The translations under genes and the position numbers were made by a program. A stretch of 63,942 nucleotides of DNA, the filler included, from Chrysochromulina tobinii (taxonomy: Eukaryota): the NCBI GenBank assembly GCA_001275005.1. It is 5 parts of 5 records of this genome, joined end to end, with 100 filler letters (N's around TTAATTAATTAA, not from the genome) between each part and the next. Parts side by side here need not be neighbours in the genome. Positions count along the whole stretch, not along the records: positions 1 to 31,805 come from JWZX01001255.1; 4 more parts are not named here. One strand, 5' to 3'. Numbering within the stretch: position 1 is the first letter of the stretch; each line of letters starts with the position of its first letter. This document shows, piece after piece, positions 18,993-29,063 of the stretch. Under the pieces are notes generated by a model that was not told the DNA's origin, made no database searches, and saw only the letters and a list, made by a program, of their open reading frames with translations.

Positions 18993-20492
18993 ATGTTCGC
19001 GGGCGCGAAAGAAAAGGTGTTAGGTACGGCGAGGCGACTTGTAAGCCAAAACAAGGTGCGGCTCAAGGAGGATGGGTTTGACCTCGACCTCATCTACCTC
19101 ACCGAGCAAATCATATGCATGGGCCTGCCTGCTCAAGGGTCCGAGGCGCTATACCGGAACCCGATCGACTCGGTCGTGCGCTTCCTCGAGAAGAACCACG
19201 GTGGGCGGTACAAGGTGTTCAACCTGTGCAACGAGCGGACGTACGACATCAGCAAATTTGGCGACGCGTGCGCATCCTTCCCCTTCGATGACCATGGTGC
19301 GCCTCCTCTCGCGCTCGTGGTCGCGTTTTGCCAATCGGCCAAGAGTTGGCTACTGGCGGGCATTGATAACATGGTGGTTGTGCATTGCAAGGCGGGCAAG
19401 GGGCGCACGGGCCTGATGGCGTGCTGCTTGCTCATGCATCTGGGCTACCATCGCACTGCAGCTGAAGCGATCGCCTTTTACAACGGGCGGCGCACCAAGG
19501 ACGGCCGCGGGCTGACGGTGCCGTCGCAGCGGCGGTACGTCTATTACTACGAGCGCGTGCTGCGCGGCGTCAGCTTCGAGGGTGCCCAGCGCACGCTGCG
19601 CGCGGTGCGCCTATCCGGGCTTCCAGCAAAGAAGGTAGCCAAGTTATCGCTTGGGAACAGCAGTGCATTGGGCGAGGCCAAGTTTACGCGGCTGGTCGTT
19701 ACCATCCGCAAAAACGGCGCCGCGATCCCAGAAGCCGGCGTGGTGATCGAGATCGACCCTCGGCTTCCGCTGGGTGCACCGCACACGGCGCGCTGCAATC
19801 TACTGGTGAGCGCTGACCTATGCGTCAGCCTGGCTGATGAGGCAGGCCATGAGCTGTGCAAGCTGTGGATGCATCCTAATTTGGAACCGGAGGAAGCTTG
19901 CTTCGTGCTCGCGAACGACAAGTTCCGGAGCGAGGTGGACGTGAGCGACAAGGGTGCGCTGCCCGACGGCTTCACGCTCGCCTTTCTCTTTTGCGACGGT
20001 GCCGCAGACGAAACCTCGGGCAATACCTCGGGCAATACCTCGGGCAATACCTCGGGCAATACCTCGGGTAGAGACAGCAGCTTCGAGCTCGGCGTGTCGG
20101 CCAATACCTCGATGAACTGCATGAGCGACGCCATGACTTCGAGCTCCTCCTCAAGCTCCTCTCGCCGTGAAGAGGCGTGTGAAGAGGCGTGTGAAGAGGC
20201 GTCCTCGTCGCGCCGAGAGGAGCGCCGAGAGGAGTCCTCCGCACCCGCAACCGCAAACGCCTCCATTTCCACGATGCCGCCGCAGCCGCTGCCCCCGCCG
20301 CCGCCGCCGCCGCCTCAGGGCTACGTCGGCGCTCACGTCGGCGCCAACGAGGCTCCTTCGATCCCCTCGGGGGGCGAGGTGCTCGAACAACCGCCGCCCC
20401 CGCCTCGGGCCGCGTACGCCGACAACGACGCGGGCGACTCGCCGGGCGCTGCCCAGGACACGCCAGGTCACAGCGCGCGAGACGAGTCGTGA
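18993..20492 (+). CDS. PTEN: PTEN-like phosphoinositide phosphatase with C2-like domain and low-complexity tail
   Basis: RRLVSQNKVRLKEDGFDLDLIYLT, YRNPI, YKVFNLCNERTY, FDDHG, catalytic HCKAGKGRTG, PSQRRYVYYY. Confidence 0.93.
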   Translation: MFAGAKEKVLGTARRLVSQNKVRLKEDGFDLDLIYLTEQIICMGLPAQGSEALYRNPIDSVVRFLEKNHGGRYKVFNLCNERTYDISKFGDACASFPFDDHGAPPLALVVAFCQSAKSWLLAGIDNMVVVHCKAGKGRTGLMACCLLMHLGYHRTAAEAIAFYNGRRTKDGRGLTVPSQRRYVYYYERVLRGVSFEGAQRTLRAVRLSGLPAKKVAKLSLGNSSALGEAKFTRLVVTIRKNGAAIPEAGVVIEIDPRLPLGAPHTARCNLLVSADLCVSLADEAGHELCKLWMHPNLEPEEACFVLANDKFRSEVDVSDKGALPDGFTLAFLFCDGAADETSGNTSGNTSGNTSGNTSGRDSSFELGVSANTSMNCMSDAMTSSSSSSSSRREEACEEACEEASSSRREERREESSAPATANASISTMPPQPLPPPPPPPPQGYVGAHVGANEAPSIPSGGEVLEQPPPPPRAAYADNDAGDSPGAAQDTPGHSARDES

Positions 20493-21256
20493 TTTGAGCA
20501 CGGGCGCCGTCGGGTCTGGATAATGGATGTGAGCCTGGGCACAGGGCAGCCACGCCCACCCAACCGCCAACGTCAGGCGAGACCGGACGGCCCGACGGGA
20601 AACGGCGAAGCTCGGACGTCGGAGTGCGGAGTGCGAAAACCCTAGTCTGTGCGTCACGACCTAGAATTAAAATGTGCGTCACGACCGCCATCGGCACATC
20701 CACAATCATCCGATCCACCGCGTGGGCACAGCCGCGCGGCGGCCGGCGCCGGTACCGCGACATGCGATCCCCCAGGTGCGCCGTGCGCGGTGGGACCCGA
20801 GCCCGTGTCGTGCCCGCACGACACCCCTCTGGTGCGCGAACAGGCGAACAACGTCTCGACTCTCGCCTGTCGTCTCACACCCCGACAGTCGTCATCGGCG
20901 CATGGCATCCCGCCGCACACTCGACGACTCGAGCACGCCCGCGCCCACGCTTGTCGTCGTCGACGAACTCGATGGCCTCCCTGCCGTATAAGCTCCCTCC
21001 TGCGGCTGCGCTGTCACCATCACCAAACCGATCCAGCAGCTTCAATACATGCACGTCACTGACGTATGTGCGCTTTCTCGACTCCTTGTCGCACCAGCTT
21101 GCAAAGCCCTCGGACCAATTGGTAGTCTCGCACCCCACCCACTCCAAAGCGCCAAAGCGCCAAGATATTGGTCACGGCCCGCTCGTGTGCCCAAGGCTCA
21201 TGTTGGCCACGCTCCTGCGCCCACTGCTGCGGCCTGGGCTTGCGTACACGTGGCTC

Positions 21257-23796
21257 CTACTCCTCGGCCTCCTCACCCTTGGGCTTTTTGACCTCTCCGC
21301 CCTCCTCCTCCTGCAGCGTCGCTTCGAGCGCCCCGTAGTCGACCGTCCCGCGCGGACGCTTCGAGCGGCGCGCGGGTGCGCCATTGTCCTGCTCCGGCGG
21401 CGCCGGCGCTGCGCTGCCGCCCGCGGAGCCCTTCGCCTTTGCTTCCATCATGGCCAAACGGTTGGTCTGCCAGGCGTCCTCAAACTTGAGGGCAGCCTCT
21501 AGGCGCTCCGTCGCCTCGTCCGCCCTCCACGTGGCGCCCAGCAGCGAAGGCTGCGTGAGCGCCGACACATGGCTCCCTACCGCGCGCGCGAGAGACGAGA
21601 CGAAGCCGCCGGCGACCTGGTAGCCCCCCTCGAGCACTGAGACGAGCCGCCCTTGCGCACACGCCTCAGCGATGCGCACGAGCTCGGACGTCATCCAGAC
21701 GTAATCACGATCATGCAGCCCGCCGGCCTCGAGCGCATCGTGCGCATGGGCATCGAAGCCCGCTGAGACAAGGATGAGATCCGGCGCGAACGAGCGCAGG
21801 GGGATGAGCATCTGCGTCAGCATCTCACGCCGCCACGCCGCCGAGCGTGTTCGAAGGCGTACGGGCACGTTCCGCACGATGGGTCCGACGCCCACATCCG
21901 TGCTGCTGCTGTTTGGACCCCCGCTCCCAGGGTAGAAGGCGCCCATGGGCCCTTCATACTCTGCGGCCTCGCCGGGCGGCGCATCGGCGCCATACCCGTG
22001 GATGGATGCAAAGAAGATCCGTTCCTTGTCCAAGGGACCGAGCCACGGCTTGTAGGTGACGCCGCTCGCGCTGACGGAGCCCGTGGGAGTCTCGACCGAT
22101 TCGGTCCATGGCTGCGGCACTACGGCCTGCACGCACGCCTCCGTCCCGTTCCCATGGTGGACGTCGAAGTCCACAATGGCTACTTTGTGGATGATATTGC
22201 GGTGCACTGCCATGCCGTACGCCGCGCCGATGGCAGCGTTGGCCAGCACGCAAAACCCCGCCGATTGCCCGCCCACGGCCCCGGAAGGCCCCGCGTGGTG
22301 TCCTGGCGGGCGCACGGCGCAAAAGGCGTTCCGCGCCTCGCGAGGGGTGACGCACACGGCACGCACCGCTTCGACCACCGCGCCCGCGCCGCGCATCGCC
22401 GCGCTGAAGGTGTGCTGCGTCACCTCGGTATCGCAGTCGAGCGACGCTTTGAATGGACGTGACGGCGGCGGCGCGAACGGGTCGTCAGTCGCCAACCCCT
22501 TGGTCGCCGCCGCCTTGGTCGCCGCCGCCGCCTCGGCGGCCGCAGCAGCGGCGAGCCCGTCACACAGCTTGCGCACCCGCTCGAGATATGTGTACTCGTG
22601 GCATCGCAAGACGTCAGTGATGTGCGCGAGGGGCGCGGGCCGCCATTCGAGCTCAGCGTAACGGCAGCCGCGCAGGTGCCCAGCGGGAGAGAGGAGTGCG
22701 CGGAGCCGGGCAGCGCACTCTGGCTGCCCGAAATGACGCCGCTCGGCCGTGCCGGCGAACATATCGGCCTCCACGCCAGCCGGCGCGTTGTGGAGGAGCG
22801 ACGCCGGGTGGGCCAACAACCACGTCGGCAACTTGCGCCCACAACCAAGCGAGTGACGCAAGCTGTTCCCAACGTCGGCGAGGTCGGACGGCGTGCGCCC
22901 AATGGTGTCCTTGGCGCGCGGATCCGCGCCCAAGGACAGCAGCTCCTTCGCCACGCCCTCGAGCCCAGCCGCCGTGGCGAGATGGAGGGGCGTGAGGCCG
23001 TCGGCATCCGCGGCGGTCGCGGCGGGCTGACCACCGCTCGCGAGCAGCGGCAAGGCATTGGGCACACATGCCTTGCCGCCGCGCAGCGCATCGTGCAGCG
23101 CGGTCGCGCCCGACTTATCGACGAGCGCCGCCGCCTCTCCGGCCGACGGATGGCCGAGGAGCAGCTTGAGGGCGCCTGTGCCCACGGCGGCATAGAAGCC
23201 CACCGCTGCGTAGTGCACGGGGGTCTTGCCACACGTGTCGACCTGGGTGATCGAGGCGCCCGCCGCGAGGAGCAGCTCGACCGCCTTGGCGGCAAAGGCG
23301 GCGAGCGCCGGCAGCGCCGCGCACGCGCACGCGAGGTGCAGCGCGGAGCGGCCGTACACTTTGCGCTCGGGTTCTGCACCGGCGTCGAGGAGGAGCTTCA
23401 TGCATGCAAGGCGCGCCTCCGCGTCCGCGTTGAGTGCAGCGGGCGCTGCGTCCTCGGACGCGAGTGGCGTGGGCGCCGCCGACCCCACAAGCCGCACATC
23501 GTCGCGTGCGGACTCACGCTTCCAAGGATCGTTCGGTGGCGCTGAGGCGAGGGCCAAGTCGTTCGCCGCTGCCAAGATCGTGGCGTGCAGTGGATACTCG
23601 CATTGCTCGTTGGCCTGGTTGAGGTCGAACATCACCGTACGAGCCGATCCGTCGGGATTCTTCCCGATCGTGATGCTGCCCGTGCGTGTACCCTCGCCGA
23701 GCACCGCGGTGAGGCTCTCCACCTTGCCGGCGCACGCCAGCTCGTGAAGAGGCAGGCGCGAGTACGTCGCCTGTGCAGGACTGTCATCATCGTCCG

Positions 23797-23830
<34 letters not shown>

Positions 23831-23995
23831 TTCGTCCTTTCCGTCTCCCTCGTCAAAGCTGTCGTCGTCGTCGTCGTCGTCGTCGTCGAAGTCGCCTGCG
23901 AGGAGGGCCTCCATTTGTTTGTCTGATCGCGTATTAGGAGCACGCAGAACAGGACTTCGCGATGTGTTTGACGGGGTGCCAGACCGTCTTTTCAT
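21257..23995 (-). CDS. Ankyrin-repeat + class II-type histone deacetylase
   Basis: Acidic N-terminus; ankyrin repeats (GRSALHLAC, GKTPVHYAA, GLTPLHLA); HDAC RPPGHHAG, GFC, DFDVHHGNGT, SAGFDAH, LEGGY. Confidence 0.92.
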
Positions 23996-24084
23996 CTATC
24001 TCAAACTCACGTGCCTGGGACACCCGCGTTCCGGGTGTCCGGTTCCCCCCTAGGCCGGTTCTTGAAGGGTGTCCCCTCTCCGTC

Positions 24085-26491
24085 ATGGACGCCGCAAGGG
24101 AGGCGTGCGCGCGCTATGGCGGCGCGGCGCACGCCGTGGGAGTCTTAGACCCTGGCACGACGTCCTACGGCACCATGCCAGTGGCGGCGTACGAAGCTTC
24201 GGCACCGCCTGCCTACGAAGTGTCGGGGGCGCCCGCCTACGACGCCGCGGCCGCTGTGTACACGTCAAATGCGGCCATGTATGATGCCGAGGCGGCAGCT
24301 GCGTACGGAACCGCGTCCGCGTCCGCCGGCGTCCACGGCGCGGACGACTCACTCTTTGACGATACGGAGCTGAGGCAAGGCCGCAAGCCCAAGCTTCCGG
24401 GCGAGCCGGCCAAGCCTCGCACGGCGGCCATGTTCTACGCGGCGCACCGCAAGGAGGAGATGCGGCGAGAGGGTCACGGGTTCCAGATCTCCCTATTCAA
24501 CGCGCAGTGCCGCGAGGAGTGGCGCGCCATGTCCGATACGGCGAAGCAACCCTTTGAGTATCTCGAGCGCAACGACCGCGCGCGGTTCGAGGAGGAGGTG
24601 CAGCGCTGGCAGAGCATGCCACAGCCGCAGGCCGTGCCGGGCATCGACCCGTCGCGCTTCACCAAGTGCGGCCGTCTCAAGAAAGACCCGCAACGCCCGA
24701 AGCATCCGCACTCGGCGTACTTTTACTACATGGAGGCGCATCGGCAGACCGTGATGACCGAGTATGCGGGTGCGAGCGTGCCCGATATCACACGCATGCT
24801 CGCGACGCAGTGGAAGGCCCTCGGCGCCGAGCAGCGGGTGCCGTTCGAGCAGCTCGCCGTGCGCGACAAGGAGCGTTTCAACGCCGAGATGGAGCAGTGC
24901 GCTGATTGCCATCTGATTGCCATCTGATTGCCATCTGATTGCCATCTGATGAGCTCATCTCAGTTTGCCATCCTCGAATGGGCGCTGATGAGCGCGAATG
25001 ACCACGGATGACTGCTGACGGATGACCTCTGAGGACCTCCGACGGCCTCTGACGACCTCTGATCATCGCTTGAGTGCCTCCCTCATCAGGTACCAGCCGA
25101 GCTCCCTGATTGCCTCTGATTGCCTCTGATTGGGCCTGAGTGCCTCCCTCATCAGGTACCAGCCGAGCTCCCTGATTGCCTCTGATTGCCTCTGATTGGG
25201 CCTGAGTGCCCCCCTCATCAGGTACCAGCCGAGTGCTGAGTTCAGCGCCATGAAGGAGCAATACCATCATGCCAAGGAGCAGCGCAAGCAGGAGCGACAT
25301 GCGCATGCAAGCCCCGGCTTCGGCGCGGACGGCAGCTTTTCGGGCAGCAGTGCGGTCCACGCCACCTACTACGCGCACGACGCGGCGGCCGCGGAGGCCG
25401 CAGCTTCCCTCTCCCTAGTGCCGCTCGGCAAGACGCGAGATTCGTCACACCTGTATGCACAGCATGTGGACGCTGACGAACCCGAGGGCGATGCGGTGCT
25501 CCTCGTAACCACCATCGACGAGAATGCGGCCGCGGCCAGGGCGGCCGCCGCCGCCGCCGCCGCCGAAGGGCATCCGTACGGGCATGCGAACGGCTACGAG
25601 TACGAGCCCGATGAGCGAGAGCGGCGAAAGCGCGGCCGGCCGAAAGGCAGTAAGAACAAGCCCAAGGACCCGAACGCGCCCCTCAAGCCGAAGGCGCTCA
25701 TCGGGCCCGACGGCCAGCCGCTGCCCAAGCGCAAGCCGGGGCGGCCAAAGGGCTCCAAGTCTCGGCCAAAGGGGGATGGGGCCGACGGGGGCGCCGTGGT
25801 GAGCGCCCTTGGGCCCGAGTGCGCGGCGGCGGCGGCGCTCACCACGGCGCTCACGCAGCCCTTCCCAGGCGCGTACGCGAGCGCCGTGGCGAGCGGGTAC
25901 GCGAGCGGGTACGCGAGCGGGTACGGTGGCAGCTACTCGGCCACGTATGCAAGCGGCGGGTACGGGGGCTTCGCCCAGACCGGAGGTGCGACCTCCGCAG
26001 CCGCCGACGCCGATGGCAACGGAGACGCCGCGCACTTGTTGAGCTCGTTTGGAGGCGCCAGCAACGGCGGGTACGGGTATGTGGCCGCTCCGCCGACGAC
26101 GGAAGCCCCCGCCTACGCTCCGCCTTCGTCCTCCTCGGTCGCCTCCTCGGTCGCCCGCATCATGAGGACCGTCGGCGTCGGCGGCGGCGGCGGCGGCGAC
26201 GGCGCCGGCGCCGGTGGAAGTGGCGGCGGCGGCGGTGGTAGTAGCGGCGGACGAGGTGGCTACAGCAGTACGGTTGCCGCTGGCGGCGGCGGCGGCAGCG
26301 GCGGCTTTGTAACCTCAAGTGGCGGCATGCTGATGGTGTGTGACGATGTAGGGCGCGCCACAGCGGCCCCGTCGGCCGGCCTGCCCGCGCGGGCGCCGCC
26401 GCCCACCACGGCGCCTCGGCATGATCCTCATGATGATGAAGCAGCTGCTCACTCACTCTCCTCGCTGTACGGGTTCCTCCAAGGCGACTGA
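24085..26491 (+). CDS. Protein with two HMG boxes and AT-hook-like motifs; exons 24085-24896, 25222-26491
   Basis: PAKPRTAAMFY...EWRAMS..KQPFE and KDPQRPKHPHSAYFYY...WKAL...DKERFNAEMEQ|YQP; KRGRPK and KPGRPK motifs in exon 2. Confidence 0.88.
24897..25221 (+). other. 325-nt GT-AG intron containing (GCCATCTGATT)4 and a 66-bp tandem triplication of the acceptor/exon junction
   Basis: CTCATCAG|GTACCAGCCGAG at 25089/25090, 25155/25156 and 25221/25222; only the last gives an open frame. Confidence 0.85.
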
Positions 26492-27731
26492 TGCACGCCA
26501 GCTACCCAGCCTTTGACTGACCAGGCGCGACTGAAGTTGCGTAGAGGCACGATCGAGGGGCTAGGCACGTCCTGGCTAGAGGCACACGACAGGGCCGACC
26601 TAGACCACAGGGTACGAGGTGCACGTCGGTACACGTCGGCGTACACGGTAGACAAATCTGTCTGCGTCGTGAATGCATCATGGGGCATCATATTTCATCT
26701 TGTTTGCGCGTGCGAGCGGCGAGCGGGTCTGTGCCAAGAAGTTCTCAGATCGGATCGGTGAAGTTTAACTAAAGTTTGTAAGAAGTACCGTTATTAAGGC
26801 GTTATCGTCGACCGGCGGCTGTGGGCTGACGCGATCTGTCATCTGATTCTACATGTAACGAAGTAGGCACAGTAGCAAGTAGGGCCTTAGCCGCCCAGCC
26901 TTACACGTACTCGTAACAGCTAACACGAAAACGAAGAGAAAAGCGGTAAGTAAGCGCATACGATAACGGGATACGAAAGACTAGTAAGTAGAAGGGAGTA
27001 GTAATCGCCCGGGCCCCGGCTAGGCGCTTGTGCCTGCCACGAGGCACGAGCCAGGATCGATATCCGTGCTTGGTGATTAATCCTGGCAAAGAGATTCATT
27101 CATGACGACAACTGAGATGGAGATTTGGAGAAGTTGTTGACCACCGCCGCGCCTCGTGCTTCACAAATCCGGAGAAAAATTCGGATCGCTTTGACGAAGT
27201 TACATCTCCGCCGCATGAGCTCAACGACTAAATATGGCCATGGGCCGGGATTTGCTTGGCGTTGGTCCGGGACCAAAAAGCACTCGCGAAAGGTTTGCGC
27301 CGCACGTGCGGAGCTGCGCGCTGCCGCCCCCCGGGCCTGCGAAGCTGGGATGCCCTGGGTTGCGCCAGGTACCTCCTCACGCGCGCACGTCTGCGCCTTC
27401 TGCATGGCCGCCCCCTTCCGCACTGACTTCATCGCGTGCGCGACATGTCGTGTTCGCAGTGTCGCTTCGCAGGTCAGATGATCTCCGCTCTCCTCGTCGC
27501 AGCGGCGTTTGCACTGCCAGAGCCAAGCCGAGCGAACGATCTGAGGCACCGACGAGGACTCGGAGCCCCGCAAATGGAAGCCGAACACCGTCTACACGAT
27601 CGCGATCGATGATGGCGCCATCATCCATGGCGCAGGCAATCAGGCCAGGTTCCAACCTCCCTCACCACCCTCCGCTGGACGCCGCAAGCTCGAGGATGCA
27701 GACGCCGCCGAGGCTGCAAGTGTGACGCTGC

Positions 27732-28202
27732 ATGCGTATCTCCATGTGCATCTCCCGTAACCTCCAAGGGCGGTATCTTCCCTCGTGCGCTCCCATGCAC
27801 GACCCCCCCCGAATCTGCCCAGCACCCCCCTACAAGCGTGTCCTCCCCTCTTCACACCTCCCTCTCTCCCCTCTTCGCCTTGGCTCCGTGATCATCACAG
27901 CTGTCATAGCCGTTCCCGTCGGCTCCATCGCCTCCGGCATCACGAACGCTCTCGCCACCACACTTGGCTCGACTTCGGCCGCCATCTCCTTCCTCGGAAT
28001 CCCCGTCACTTCAGCGCCAACATTCACGACCACCGACGACAACATTCGCAAGACTAGCAATTCGCTCGCCCTTCCTCTCGGGCTCGGCCTCGGTCTCGGC
28101 CTCGGAGGCTGCCTCGTGCTCTCTGCTCTGTTTGTGCTCATCAAGTGGCGCAAGGTTCCAGCCGCCGAGCCCGCAACGAAGAAAAAAATTCAGACGGTCT
28201 AG
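27732..28202 (+). CDS. 3' part of a small membrane protein (SEA-like segment + TM); gene structure unresolved
   Basis: GSVIITAVIAVP...ISFLGIPVTSAP then TM LPLGLGLGLGLGGCLVLSALFVLI with basic tail; architecture like the 33-1460 product. Confidence 0.45.
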   Translation: MRISMCISRNLQGRYLPSCAPMHDPPRICPAPPYKRVLPSSHLPLSPLRLGSVIITAVIAVPVGSIASGITNALATTLGSTSAAISFLGIPVTSAPTFTTTDDNIRKTSNSLALPLGLGLGLGLGGCLVLSALFVLIKWRKVPAAEPATKKKIQTV

Positions 28203-28271
28203 AAGGACGCGGAGCACAACTTGAGGTTCAGGCCGGCGTTGCGCACAGGGGGTCGGGTGAGAGAGCGCAGA

Positions 28272-28525
28272 GAGCGTTGGGACGAAGCAGGTCCACCCTG
28301 GTGACGTGGACAGGTGACGTGGCAAGGTCCACCCCGGTGAAGCGCGCTGGGGGCCGCGGGTGGTGGGGCATGTTAGAGCTGGGAGGGGGAGCGCTGGGAC
28401 GAAGCAGGTCCACCCCGGTGAAGCGCGCTGGGGGCCGCGGGTGGTGGGGCATGTTAGAGCGGGGAGGGGGAGCGTTGGGACGAAGCAGGTCCACCCCGGT
28501 GAAGCGCGCTGGGGGGCGCGGGTGG
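28272..28525. repeat. G-rich 81-bp minisatellite, ~2.5 copies plus a partial unit
   Basis: AGGTCCACCCCGGTGAAGCGCGCTGGGGG at 28325, 28406 and 28487 (81-bp period). Confidence 0.9.
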
Positions 28526-29063
28526 CCTCTTATCGATGGAGGGGCATTGGAACATGGGGGACAATCCACTAGGGCTAGAGCTCACGGAGGCTGCGGAGGG
28601 GGGGTCGCGCTGCCTTATTGCAGAGGTCGATGCCCGGGTGGGCGGGAGCGAGAAGAGCGCTCATGGCTGGAGCTCACGGAGGCTGCGGTGCGACTGGACA
28701 TTCGTGCACGGCCCTGTCGCCTGGCTGTGTAGTGTGTAGAGGAAACGCTCAGCAACCCTCGTGCGGGTCGCGGAGCCGAGTTGGTGCTTCGTATGTGGAG
28801 AAGGAATAAAGCGTCTAGGCAGTAAGGAGAAAAAGTTTCCGTTCCCCAGCGTGCAGCGAGCGCCCAACTAGTTATGTGACGGCATTCGCTATTATTCTAT
28901 ATTCATATCTAGTCATGTGACGTGTGAAACTCTGATCTCTAGCCATCAATCTCCTGTGCACTGCTGTGGCAGCTTGCACTGACCTGTCGTAGCTGCCATG
29001 AAGTATAGAAGCCACAAGCCTGAGCTCCCGTGTGACCCTCGAGCATGCCCTCGAGATGCGATC

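Noticed and set aside
28325..28525. Regularly spaced repeats resembling a CRISPR array (also 5021-5097 and 25071-25233)
   Set aside because: Units are fully repeated with no unique spacers, there are no cas genes, and the context is eukaryotic.
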